From Candidatus Pacearchaeota archaeon (lineage in GTDB: Archaea > Nanobdellota > Nanobdellia > Pacearchaeales > GW2011-AR1), in contig JAFCDA010000001.1 in assembly GCA_017609915.1 (NCBI GenBank), forward strand, positions 5,033 to 69,032: 64,000 bases of DNA, read 5' to 3'. The first letter of the stretch is position 1, and each line of letters begins with the position of its first letter. Under the pieces are notes generated by a model. It was not told the origin of the DNA. It searched no databases and was given only the letters and a program-made list of their open reading frames with translations. The position numbers and the translations under genes are program-made. This document shows, piece by piece, positions 55,708 to 64,000 of this stretch.

Positions 55708-56923
55708 ATCCTTTTTTAATATATTTAACTGCTGTTTCTATAGGGTCTGGCTCTGCATTTATTTGTTCTGAAATTCTTTTTGTAACCTTTTTAAACTTGG
55801 GGTCAATTAATAATCTGTAAACTTGTTCCCTAAGTGTTTGTGGATTTCTTTGACTTTTAGATAAACTTAAACCTGCACTTAATCTTTCAAGGGTTATACA
55901 AGTAGCAGCTTGTTCAAGATGGTTAGCCATGCCTAAAATAGGTTTTCCTGCTTTTAATGAAAAATAAGTAGACCCTAAACCCCCTTGAATTACTACTGCA
56001 TCAACTAAAGGCAACACGCTATTAAAATTAAAATAATTTCCACCATAGAAATTTTCAGGCATTTCTTTTGGGATGTTTTTAGTATGCAATGCTACTGCTA
56101 ATCCACTATCTTTAAATGTTTTTATAAAAAAATCAGATTTACTATACTTTCCAGTTGACCCTTCTGAAATAAGAACTTTTTTTTGATTATCATTTTTAAA
56201 ATCTAAAATCCAATCTGGAGCAGCCCCATTATTAGGGATTAATAAGGGACCCATATATTTGTAACTTTCAGGTTTTTCTTTTAATTTAAAGACACTTTCT
56301 GAATCACATAAAAGTGTTAAGTCAGGAGCAACCCCTTCATAACTCCTTTCATTTACCCCTAAACCAAGGTTTCTACATTCAGTATAAAGATTTTTAGATG
56401 TAGATCTCCTAATATTTTTCTCTAAGCTTCCGATTCTATTTAAAATCGATTCAGGTAATCTTTCAAAAAAATTTGCGATTATACTAGGGACATTAGGAGG
56501 GATAAAATCAAATTCAAAAAAAGGGCAAACATTAACTTGACCTAAAAAAACATCAAAAATTCCTTGTTTTTTCGCATGTATTCCTGCTAAATCTCTAAAA
56601 TTATCTCTGATAATTATGTCTGGTTTTTGTGTTTTTAAAAGCTCCTCTTCTATTTTTGAGAAATATTCCACCATTTTTGGAGTATATAATCTTGGGATAA
56701 ATGTGCTCATAGATTTTGAAATAAGTTCTGGTTTAACCCCTGGAGTATAAATAAATTCAAATCCCTGATTCCTTATTAATCCTTCATGATGATTTTCTCC
56801 TGCTATGGTGATATCATGCTCCCCTGTATTTTTTAATCCTTCACAAATTGCAAGAACCCTTACTAAATGGCTTGTCCCTAAATTTCCACTATAAGGCAAA
56901 CCTAAAACTTTCTGTTTTTCCAT
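55679..56923 (-). CDS. GT1/GT28-like UDP-glycosyltransferase (MGT/MurG-like GT-B)
   Basis: C-terminal GGLGSTYFSLKAGKPILGMANHLEQ nucleotide-sugar binding motif; N-terminal acceptor domain. Confidence 0.65.
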   Translation of the reverse strand: MEKQKVLGLPYSGNLGTSHLVRVLAICEGLKNTGEHDITIAGENHHEGLIRNQGFEFIYTPGVKPELISKSMSTFIPRLYTPKMVEYFSKIEEELLKTQKPDIIIRDNFRDLAGIHAKKQGIFDVFLGQVNVCPFFEFDFIPPNVPSIIANFFERLPESILNRIGSLEKNIRRSTSKNLYTECRNLGLGVNERSYEGVAPDLTLLCDSESVFKLKEKPESYKYMGPLLIPNNGAAPDWILDFKNDNQKKVLISEGSTGKYSKSDFFIKTFKDSGLAVALHTKNIPKEMPENFYGGNYFNFNSVLPLVDAVVIQGGLGSTYFSLKAGKPILGMANHLEQAATCITLERLSAGLSLSKSQRNPQTLREQVYRLLIDPKFKKVTKRISEQINAEPDPIETAVKYIKKGFESFRHGKN

Positions 56924-56981
56924 TTTACTAGACTAAACTAATTAAAATTTAGCATATATAAAGACAATACACATTAGATAA

Positions 56982-57425
56982 GTGTTAATAAAAAATATAT
57001 CTACAAAAACATATATCTCTAAGAATAGATTTATTTTTAAACCATGGGATAATTTAAGACATATGAATAAACTAAAAAGAGAATTGATTTGGATTACTTT
57101 ATCCCTTCTTGCCATTTCTGGATGTGAAAATTCAATGATTGGGGGGAAAAATTATGTTTGTTTATGTAAGTCTCGTCATGCAGATTCTTATCTTAAAAAA
57201 TCAAAATTAATTGAGAAAAAATTAGAAGATTTTCCCACTTTAGAAGATAAAAAAGAAGCAGTCCATATTTATGGGCTTTTAGGAAAAACAGAATTAATGG
57301 ATAAATACATTAAAGAAATAATTGAAGAATCAAAGGTTTTAGATGGAGAGCTTTATGATTGGATAGGAGAACAATATCGTAAAGCACACAAGAAATGCGA
57401 TAGTCAAATAAGATTTTTAAGATAA
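56982..57425 (+). CDS. hypothetical protein with N-terminal hydrophobic segment and possible lipobox (ISGC)
   Basis: 147 aa ORF. Confidence 0.35.
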   Translation: MLIKNISTKTYISKNRFIFKPWDNLRHMNKLKRELIWITLSLLAISGCENSMIGGKNYVCLCKSRHADSYLKKSKLIEKKLEDFPTLEDKKEAVHIYGLLGKTELMDKYIKEIIEESKVLDGELYDWIGEQYRKAHKKCDSQIRFLR

Positions 57426-57579
57426 ATTCTAAAAATAACTATCACCACTTTGAAATTACTTGTAACTACTTTTAAGATTTGCAGTATTTAAACACTATCA
57501 GACTAAAATATATATTTTAGTATATAAGTTTATATTTAAAAGAATTTTTGCTATTTTTAATGTAAAGTGGTGAAAGACA

Positions 57580-57744
57580 ATGATAATTGAGATATCTTTT
57601 GGATTAGTAGGGGGATTAAATTTTGGATTAGAAAAATCTTTAGGATTAATAAAAAATTTAACTATAAAATATCCTCATGCTGTTTGGAAAAAAGTTGTAG
57701 ATGTAAGACGAGGAATTGGTAAATATATTGTAGAGATTGATTAG
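57580..57744 (+). CDS. small ORF (54 aa), hypothetical, not in ORF track
   Basis: ATG 57580 to TAG 57744; Gly/Leu-rich N-terminus. Confidence 0.15.
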   Translation: MIIEISFGLVGGLNFGLEKSLGLIKNLTIKYPHAVWKKVVDVRRGIGKYIVEID

Positions 57745-57804
57745 TTCTTAATAGAATATTCCTAAAAACAAAAAATCTAAAAACCCTTAGAATTTATATA
57801 TAAA

Positions 57805-58326
57805 ATGGTAAAACTTTATGTTTGTAAAATATGCGGAGAACCTTATATTGGAGGAGAAGCCCCAGATGACTGCCCTTTTTGTGGAGCCCCTAAAAATTAT
57901 TTAAGGCCTGTAGAGGAATTTAATGAATTGTGGAAACAAGAATTAAATGAACAAGAAAAAAAAGATATGCAAGAAACTCTTGATTTAGAGATTAATGCTA
58001 CAGCATATTATCAAAAAGTAAGCGACAATCATGAAAAATATTCAAAACAAAATAGGTTATTTAAACAACTAACTAGGGTTGAAAAAGAACATGCAGAAAT
58101 AGCAGCAAAATTTCTTAATATAGAAATGCCTGAAATTAAAGGAGAAGATCCAAAAGGTTCTGTTGAAAAAGATTTAGAAAGAACAAAAGAACTTGAAAAA
58201 GGATCTATTGAAAAATATCAACAATTTCTTAAAAATGCAGATAATAGTGAGGTGAAAAACCTTTATGTTGCATTAATACATGCAGAGCAAGGGCATCATG
58301 ATATTGCTTCAAAAGAACTTGAATAA
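57805..58326 (+). CDS. rubrerythrin-family protein with N-terminal rubredoxin-like zinc ribbon
   Basis: CKICGEPY...CPFCGAP then ferritin-like EKEHAEIAAKF and HAEQGHHD diiron ligands. Confidence 0.65.
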   Translation: MVKLYVCKICGEPYIGGEAPDDCPFCGAPKNYLRPVEEFNELWKQELNEQEKKDMQETLDLEINATAYYQKVSDNHEKYSKQNRLFKQLTRVEKEHAEIAAKFLNIEMPEIKGEDPKGSVEKDLERTKELEKGSIEKYQQFLKNADNSEVKNLYVALIHAEQGHHDIASKELE

Positions 58327-58331
58327 CTTAT

Positions 58332-59150
58332 TTATAAATCATCTAATGGATTTTTAATAGATTTAAGTTGTTCATGACTTATATGAGTATAAATCTGAGT
58401 TGTTGCAATACTTGAATGCCCAAGTAATTCTTGGATTTTTCTTAAATCTGTTCCCTTATCTAAAAGATGTGTGGCAAAAGAATGGCGTAAGGTGTGTGGA
58501 TGGACTGATTTATCAATACCTGCTCTTTGAGCTGTTTTTTGAACAATTTTTTGAATATTTCTTGTAGTCAAGGGTTTATTTTTTGAAAAAACATATATCC
58601 AATCTGAATTTTTTTTAATAAATTTATCAAGTTTTTTTGATAGTTTTTTTGATAAAATAAGCATCCTATCTTTTCCCCCTTTACCAGAACGAACCCAACC
58701 AATATTTTCATTAAAATCTAAATTTGTTGGTTTTAAATTAACTATTTCAGAAACCCTAAGTCCAGAAGAATATAATAATTGAATAATTAATTTGCTTTTT
58801 AGATTATTTGAACTTTCAATTAAGTCAGTTGTTTCTTGTCTAGTTAAAACAATTGGTATTTTATTTTCTTTTTTTGGGCGTTTAACTCCTGCTGTAGGAT
58901 CTTTTCCTAAAACATTAGAATATGCAAATTTAATTGAAGCTAAAAATAAAATAATTGAACTTGAAGCCCTATCTGTCATTTTATCTGCAAGAAAATATTT
59001 TACATCTTGTTGCTCAATTTGTTCTGGTTGTTTTTTTGCATGATTTAATAATTGATTATTAAGTTCTAAATAGTTTTTCAAAGTATAAGGTGATAATTTA
59101 GAAATTTTAATTTCTGTTTCAAGATGTTTTAGAAATTCTTGCTTATCCAT
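58332..59150 (-). CDS. xerA: tyrosine recombinase XerA/XerC/XerD family
   Basis: LRVSEIVNL (R), HTLRHSFATHLL (HxxR), LLGHSSIATTQIYTH (catalytic Tyr); start set at Met 59150 not track start 59216. Confidence 0.85.
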   Translation of the reverse strand: MDKQEFLKHLETEIKISKLSPYTLKNYLELNNQLLNHAKKQPEQIEQQDVKYFLADKMTDRASSSIILFLASIKFAYSNVLGKDPTAGVKRPKKENKIPIVLTRQETTDLIESSNNLKSKLIIQLLYSSGLRVSEIVNLKPTNLDFNENIGWVRSGKGGKDRMLILSKKLSKKLDKFIKKNSDWIYVFSKNKPLTTRNIQKIVQKTAQRAGIDKSVHPHTLRHSFATHLLDKGTDLRKIQELLGHSSIATTQIYTHISHEQLKSIKNPLDDL

Positions 59151-59191
59151 GATATAGATAGTGCGAACTTCTTTAAAAGGTTTTTTATAAT

Positions 59192-59671
59192 TTAAGAAAA
59201 AATACTTGCTATCCAAATTCCAGTATAATGTGTTGCAAAAATAACCAAAACAGTTATAACCAAATGCTCTGAAATAGCCTTAAAAGCAGAGGTTTTTTTC
59301 CATTTAGAAGTATAATAACTTAAGATAGTTATTAATAATAATCCCCAGATTATACTAATAATTATTGCGCTTCTTAGATTTAAAAATATAAATGGAATTA
59401 AAAAAGTTAAGGAAAATAAAAGTTTAGATAAAAAAGTTGCACCTGTTGATTCCCAAATTTCTTTTTTAGTTGTTTTCCTATTTCCTGATTCTTCAGAAAT
59501 ATGAATCCCTAATGAATCTGAAAAAGCATCTGCAATTGCAATTGTTAAAATTCCTCCAAGAATAATCATTTTAGAATGTGTGCTTGAATTTAACCCTATA
59601 ATTAATCCAAGAGTTGTTATTATTCCAGAAGTTAATCCAAAGCTCATCCCTTTTCTTATTGATATCTTCAT
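59192..59671 (-). CDS. VIT1/CCC1-family-like membrane protein (TM half only)
   Basis: GMSFGLTSGIITTLGLIIGL and DAFSDSLG motifs resemble VIT1 TM core; only 159 aa. Confidence 0.45.
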   Translation of the reverse strand: MKISIRKGMSFGLTSGIITTLGLIIGLNSSTHSKMIILGGILTIAIADAFSDSLGIHISEESGNRKTTKKEIWESTGATFLSKLLFSLTFLIPFIFLNLRSAIIISIIWGLLLITILSYYTSKWKKTSAFKAISEHLVITVLVIFATHYTGIWIASIFS

Positions 59672-59790
59672 AAGTTCTTTAAGGTTTTTTATATTATAAA
59701 CCTATTTAATCTAACTAGTATCTTATAAAATATAGATAAAAATAAGTTTAAAAACAAAAACTTAATAAATATTACTTCCTTTTATATGAA

Positions 59791-60018
59791 ATGGTAAAAA
59801 GGTGGATTCAAAAAACTAAAATTAAAAAAGGAGCATTACATAAACAATTAGGGGTTCCTGAAGAGAGAAAAATTCCCATTACATTATTAAACAAAATTAT
59901 ATCTGCAGAAGTAGGAAAGGTTATTAAAAACTCTTCTAAATCAAGTAAAAAAATGATTAAGGTTACATCTTTACTTAAAAAAAGAGCTAATTTAGCTAAA
60001 AACTTAAAGAAGATATAA
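59791..60018 (+). CDS. small basic protein, hypothetical
   Basis: 75 aa, KGALHKQLGVPEERKIP motif, lysine-rich. Confidence 0.3.
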   Translation: MVKRWIQKTKIKKGALHKQLGVPEERKIPITLLNKIISAEVGKVIKNSSKSSKKMIKVTSLLKKRANLAKNLKKI

Positions 60019-60430
60019 CTAGGCCCTATTGAAGTTATGGACTGCCTTAAACCATTATAAATAGCATCCTATCCAATAAAGGCCTAGTTTAATTCTTCCT
60101 ATCTGTTAGGGAGGGTCTTGATCTTTCATTTTACAGCGGTTTAATTTTAATGTTTTTGAATAATGGATTAGTTTTGGAAAAAGAGTTTTAAAGGGAAGTT
60201 ATCAGCAAGATATTTGAAAAATCAGCCATCATATTGTGATAACCTTTTTGCATTATCAAAAACAAAAAATATGAAATTGGGTTCCTCCTTTTTTATTATT
60301 AAATTTATAAATATATTAAAGAAAAGTTATTTATAAACAGTCAGAAGTAAACATAAATATATTAGATATATAGCAATCCTCTATATTATTGAATATAAAA
60401 CCTTAAATAAACAAAAAAAATTCCAATAAT

Positions 60431-61102
60431 ATGTACTCTGAAATATATACCTTCCTCTCACAAAATAGAGAATTATTTAGATTCTTATACTCTATTTTAA
60501 TAGCATTTATTTGCCTTATTATTGTGTTAAAAACAGATAGATTATTTAGAATTAGTTCTCATCAAGGGATTAGGTATTTTAGAAATGCTTTCTTTTTTTA
60601 TGGTATTGCATTTGTTTTTAGATATCTTCTTGGGAACCCTATTTATTTTAATGAAATGCGGGTAGTATTTGAATTTTTCATGATTATTGGAGGATTTTGT
60701 TTATTTTATAGTTTAATATGGAAAAAATTTGAAAAATTTAATGAAACAAGTTCATTGTTTAATCCTAGAATAATCATCCTTTATGTTTTAGCATTTATAA
60801 TTGCTTTTTTAGATTATTTATGGATTTGTTATAATTTTCTATTTTTCTCACAGATTATCATATTCTTTTTTGCAACTATAATAAGCTATAATAATTATAA
60901 AAAAGGCGGGAAACAGCATAAATTCTTAAAACTATATTTTGTTATAATGTTGTTAAATCTTATTGCGTGGGTCCTAAATTATGCTTTTGTGCTCTTCTTA
61001 GACTGGAGATTAAGATGGGTAGCAAATATTTATATTATTAATGTTGTTGTATTCTTAATCTTTTTATATGGGGTTGTTAAATTAACAAAAAGAGGCAGAT
61101 AA
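60431..61102 (+). CDS. polytopic membrane protein (about 7 TM), hypothetical
   Basis: 223 aa, hydrophobic throughout, preceded by 410-bp non-coding region. Confidence 0.4.
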   Translation: MYSEIYTFLSQNRELFRFLYSILIAFICLIIVLKTDRLFRISSHQGIRYFRNAFFFYGIAFVFRYLLGNPIYFNEMRVVFEFFMIIGGFCLFYSLIWKKFEKFNETSSLFNPRIIILYVLAFIIAFLDYLWICYNFLFFSQIIIFFFATIISYNNYKKGGKQHKFLKLYFVIMLLNLIAWVLNYAFVLFLDWRLRWVANIYIINVVVFLIFLYGVVKLTKRGR

Positions 61103-61113
61103 TAAAATAAAAA

Positions 61114-61386
61114 ATGGCTAAAAAAAGAGAAAGATTAAAGGTAATAAAAGATATTCTTAATTCAATTAAAGATAATAGAAATATTAAACCTACAAGATTA
61201 TTATATGCTTCTAATCTGTCTCCTCAAATGTTTAAAGATTATATTAATGAACTAATCTCTAAAGGATTTATTAGTTTAGATATTGATAAAAAAGATAAAA
61301 AAACTTTTTCATTGACTTCAAAAGGTTATGAGTTTTTAGAAGAATATAAAGTAATTGAAAACTTTGTTGAAAACTTTGGGTTATAA
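61114..61386 (+). CDS. small winged-helix DNA-binding protein, hypothetical
   Basis: 90 aa, LKVIKDILNSIKDN...LSPQMFKDYINELISKGFISL pattern of wHTH regulators. Confidence 0.4.
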   Translation: MAKKRERLKVIKDILNSIKDNRNIKPTRLLYASNLSPQMFKDYINELISKGFISLDIDKKDKKTFSLTSKGYEFLEEYKVIENFVENFGL

Positions 61387-61521
61387 CACAAAACTTTGAA
61401 CAGTGTAATTCTATTTTAATAAATAATATCGCTATCTTATTAAGAATTCAGCTACACAATAAAAGACTAATCTCCTCATAGCAAAGCTTAAGATTTATCA
61501 AGATATTAAAAGACATTAAAA

Positions 61522-61623
61522 AAGCCTTATTTGAGTTTTACAGCAGTACCATATGCTAACATCTCTTCTCGATGCACATAAGCCTTATTTGAGTTTTACA
61601 GCAGTACCATATGCTAACATCTC
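61522..61623. repeat. 44-bp direct repeat, two copies 58 bp apart; second copy is the 3' end of the YbjQ-like gene
   Basis: aagccttatttgagttttacagcagtaccatatgctaacatctc at 61522-61565 and 61580-61623. Confidence 0.9.
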
Positions 61624-61908
61624 GGCTGCACCTTGCATTATCATTGATGTTGCAAATCTTATAGTGATAATTGCATCTGCCTTAAGTTCAATAGCTTGAT
61701 TAACCATTCTATTAAATGCTTCTTCTCTTGCATGAGTAGTCATATCTGTATAGCTTTTTATTTCTCCACCAACAATGTTTTTGAATCCTGCTGCAATATC
61801 TCTTCCAACATGTCGTGCTCTTATTGTGTTTCCTTTTACAACCCCTAAAATCTCTACTACTTTTTTTCCAGGTATTTCAGATGTTGTACTGGTTATTATT
61901 TCTACCAT
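61585..61908 (-). CDS. YbjQ/UPF0145 (DUF74) family protein
   Basis: IPGKKVVEILGVVKGNTIRARHVGRDIAAGFKNIVGGE...ADAIITIRF matches YbjQ fold signature. Confidence 0.7.
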   Translation of the reverse strand: MVEIITSTTSEIPGKKVVEILGVVKGNTIRARHVGRDIAAGFKNIVGGEIKSYTDMTTHAREEAFNRMVNQAIELKADAIITIRFATSMIMQGAAEMLAYGTAVKLK

Positions 61909-61909
61909 G

Positions 61910-62119
61910 TTATTTCTTTGATTTCTTTTCTTTTAAATCTTTTCTTTGTTCAATTTTATCTTCTGCCTTATACATAAGAACTAATGCAATTCCAATTCCT
62001 ATTGAGAATAAAGGATAAATTAATACCCAAATAGGAGTTTCTGAAGAAAGTGTTTTAAAAATGCCCCAAGCACCTAATAAAATAAGTGCTATTCCAATAT
62101 AAATTGCGCCTTTTCCCAT
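61910..62119 (-). CDS. small two-TM membrane protein, hypothetical
   Basis: 69 aa. Confidence 0.3.
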   Translation of the reverse strand: MGKGAIYIGIALILLGAWGIFKTLSSETPIWVLIYPLFSIGIGIALVLMYKAEDKIEQRKDLKEKKSKK

Positions 62120-62125
62120 TTTGAT

Positions 62126-62287
62126 TTATTCCTCACATTCATCTGCAGTTATCAGATAAATTTTTTCATATTCTTTTTTTCTCTGAGCAGAACATTTCTC
62201 ACAATATTTTCTAGGATATCTTGTATTTGTTTTTGCTTCAAACCCTTTTCCACAGTCCTTACATTTTTTTTTGATTGTTTTAGGCAT
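62126..62287 (-). CDS. small zinc-ribbon protein
   Basis: CKDCGKGF...CEKCSAQ two CxxC pairs; start set at MPKT (62287) rather than track start 62335. Confidence 0.4.
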   Translation of the reverse strand: MPKTIKKKCKDCGKGFEAKTNTRYPRKYCEKCSAQRKKEYEKIYLITADECEE

Positions 62288-62475
62288 AATTAAAATAAAT
62301 ATAAGCACTTTATAAGATTTTCTCCATCTCTTCAAACAACAAAGTTATAGCCCTGTTCTTTAAAGCTATACTCGCCTCATCTTCAAAAGCTATTATTGAG
62401 CTTTTAAGATAATATTAAACTTATTAAAAAAATAAAAAATAAAAAAATAAGGCTAAAGCCAATTATATTGCTTTA

Positions 62476-62880
62476 TTAAAATTCTTCGTTAGATTCATCA
62501 GAATTATCTTCTTTAGGTTTTTCAGATCCTCCAAAGTTTCCTTGTTTTTGGTCTTGAAAACATTCATTACAAAAAACATCTCTGCCTTCTGTTGGTCTAA
62601 AAGGAACCTCGCAATCTTTCTTACATTTAGCACAAACTGCTTTATGCTTTTCTTGCGGTCTTCTATCAAATCTTCGTCCACCAAAACCTCCTCTATTAAA
62701 GCCTCCTCTATTGCTTCTTTGAGGTCTGTTTTTTCTAAAACAATCTTGACATCTGACATCTTTACCTGGTGTTGGCTTAAAGGGAACTGTACATTCAGCT
62801 CCACAATCAGAACAAATTGCTTTATGCTTTTCTCTATCGTCCATATTATCGTCCATATTCTCGCTGTTCTTATCCTCCAT
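62476..62880 (-). CDS. tandem zinc-ribbon protein with central RGG/RGGF repeat and acidic termini (putative RNA-binding)
   Basis: Two copies of EKHKA[IV]C..C...C.VPF.PT.G.DV.C..CF separated by RGGFNRGGFGGRRF. Confidence 0.5.
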   Translation of the reverse strand: MEDKNSENMDDNMDDREKHKAICSDCGAECTVPFKPTPGKDVRCQDCFRKNRPQRSNRGGFNRGGFGGRRFDRRPQEKHKAVCAKCKKDCEVPFRPTEGRDVFCNECFQDQKQGNFGGSEKPKEDNSDESNEEF

Positions 62881-62923
62881 TCTACTATTCTTCTTTCCTA
62901 ATTTCTAGGTAAATTGAGGAGAT

Positions 62924-63403
62924 TTAGAAGGTATTTAAAGGTATGTTTTTACCAGGAATAAATCTTATTAGCATGGGTTTCCCTTTACTCATAACAACTT
63001 CTCCAAGAAATGGTTGTTCAGAATTTGCTACTTTTATCAAAACATTGCAAATACGTATTGCTTCTTTTCTTGCTTTTGCTAAAGCATAAGTTTTTCCTAA
63101 AGTATTTCCACTTTCAGGCAGAGGTTTTCCTGCATTTTTTTTATTACAAATTATTTTAATTAATTTAGAAGTTCTTGGGCCTCCTCCAAAAGTATGCTTA
63201 GTTACAGTATAATGATGTGGTTGTTTTAATTTATTTTCTTCTGATCCATAAAGAGCGTCTGTTGCATAAGATACCTCCCATGTAGCACCCATAACCCCGT
63301 TTTGATGATATTGAACTTCATAATCACCACTAATAGACGCTTCTGGAGAAAATAATAAAAGTCCTGTTTCTTTTTCTCTTGTTGTAGTAACTAGTTCTTC
63401 CAT
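62924..63403 (-). CDS. hypothetical protein
   Basis: 159 aa ORF, no domain recognised by eye. Confidence 0.4.
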   Translation of the reverse strand: MEELVTTTREKETGLLLFSPEASISGDYEVQYHQNGVMGATWEVSYATDALYGSEENKLKQPHHYTVTKHTFGGGPRTSKLIKIICNKKNAGKPLPESGNTLGKTYALAKARKEAIRICNVLIKVANSEQPFLGEVVMSKGKPMLIRFIPGKNIPLNTF

Positions 63404-63489
63404 AGTAAATCAAAATTTGATGCCTATTTAAGGTTTATGATGATTAAATAAATAAATTTAAAATAAAGAGATGTATAAAATTATAGAAA

Positions 63490-63696
63490 ATGAGTGTAAT
63501 TCAAATAGGGAAAGGTTTAAGTGTTAGACTTTTTTATAATTTTTTTGATTGTCCTTTGAGGGGGAATTGTGATGGTCAAGAAGCTAGGGAGGCTGGGTTA
63601 ATGAAACATCGTTGCTCTTTTAATCCTAGTATATATAAATGTAAATACTACCCAGAATTTAATTCAAAAAAAATGCTTCAAAAGTTTATTCCTTAA
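63490..63696 (+). CDS. hypothetical small Cys-containing protein
   Basis: 68 aa ORF. Confidence 0.2.
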   Translation: MSVIQIGKGLSVRLFYNFFDCPLRGNCDGQEAREAGLMKHRCSFNPSIYKCKYYPEFNSKKMLQKFIP

Positions 63697-63756
63697 ATTG
63701 TTTATAGATTGTTTATTAAAAGATAAATTTAAATAAGTTTTTTTCTTAAGTTAAAA

Positions 63757-64000
63757 ATGAAATTCACAACATTAATCTTAATAATTCTTTTAATTTCTTT
63801 TGGGGCTGTGTTAATTGTTTATACTTTAGAAGGCAAACCTAAACAAACAGCATGTACAGAAGAAGCTAAATTATGTCCTGATGGTTCTGCTGTTGGTAGA
63901 ACAGGGCCTGATTGTGAATTTGAACCCTGCCCTGTTAGCAAGAGATGTATTAGAAATAGCGATTGTGTTGTTTTTGGACAAGATGGGGATTGTAATTGTG
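63757..64000 (+). CDS. secreted Cys-rich protein, 3' partial
   Basis: Signal/TM LILIILLISFGAVLIVYT then CTEEAKLCPDG...CEFEPC...CIRNSDC Cys-rich modules; runs off window. Confidence 0.4.
   Translation, partial: MKFTTLILIILLISFGAVLIVYTLEGKPKQTACTEEAKLCPDGSAVGRTGPDCEFEPCPVSKRCIRNSDCVVFGQDGDCNC

Noticed and set aside
59151-59216. Upstream start for xerA (MDSKYFF...)
   Set aside because: Would overlap the VIT-like gene; Met at 59150 gives a standard XerA N-terminus.
60230-60290. Candidate C/D box sRNA in the 410-bp non-coding region (ATGATGG and CTGA motifs on minus strand)
   Set aside because: Box spacing does not fit C-guide-D'/C'-guide-D architecture; likely chance motifs in AT-rich DNA.
61522-61623. 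Possible CRISPR array
   Set aside because: Only two 44-bp copies with a 14-bp spacer equivalent and no cas genes; it is a duplicated gene terminus.
62463-62901. Two overlapping ORFs (62463-62804 minus, 62542-62901 plus)
   Set aside because: Same locus as the tandem zinc-ribbon RGG protein (62476-62880), whose repeated CxxC modules are far more protein-like; the others are frame shadows.

Overview
AT-rich (about 30% GC) archaeal genome fragment. Gene order and content suggest a DPANN-type archaeon (Woese-/Pacearchaeota-like). Support for this: archaeal r-protein/RNAP operons (S13-S4-S11-RpoD-tRNA-L18e-L13-S9, L21e-RpoF-DUF655, rpoN beside a stand-alone 5S rRNA), XerA, SecDF, and TATA (cTTATAAaATAT) boxes about 22-25 nt upstream of ATGs, indicating leaderless mRNAs. 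The first ~31 kb is a large cell-surface glycan biosynthesis island. It contains eight glycosyltransferases from five CAZy-type families: GT-C/GT39-like, GT9 x2, GT2 x2, GT4 and a clear GT6 ABO-type enzyme. It also contains sugar-nucleotide enzymes (two SDR epimerases, a DegT aminotransferase, an FkbM methyltransferase), three B12-binding radical SAM enzymes and three radical SAM/SPASM enzymes. One of the SPASM enzymes is translationally fused to a TPP-enzyme E1-beta-like domain and is preceded by a mini E1-alpha-like gene. The island further contains an AlkP-like phosphodiesterase, an APS/PAPS-reductase-like protein, a sulfatase-fold protein lacking the FGly Cys, queC, a PHP phosphoesterase, a Wzx-type flippase and a decayed methyltransferase pseudogene. 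The rest of the window contains secF/secD, tRNA-Gly/Arg and a DUF4956-CotH-VTC triad. It also contains a MacB-type ABC transporter cluster with many small ORFs and two tRNA-Leu genes (one with an apparent AAG anticodon). Further features are a solo Cas4-like PD-(D/E)XK nuclease, a rubrerythrin / xerA / VIT arrangement and tandem zinc-ribbon RGG proteins. Several families of short conserved promoter/leader sequence modules recur upstream of unrelated genes. No CRISPR array, transposase or obvious prophage was found. All calls come from reading the translated ORFs and DNA by eye; no database searches were run.
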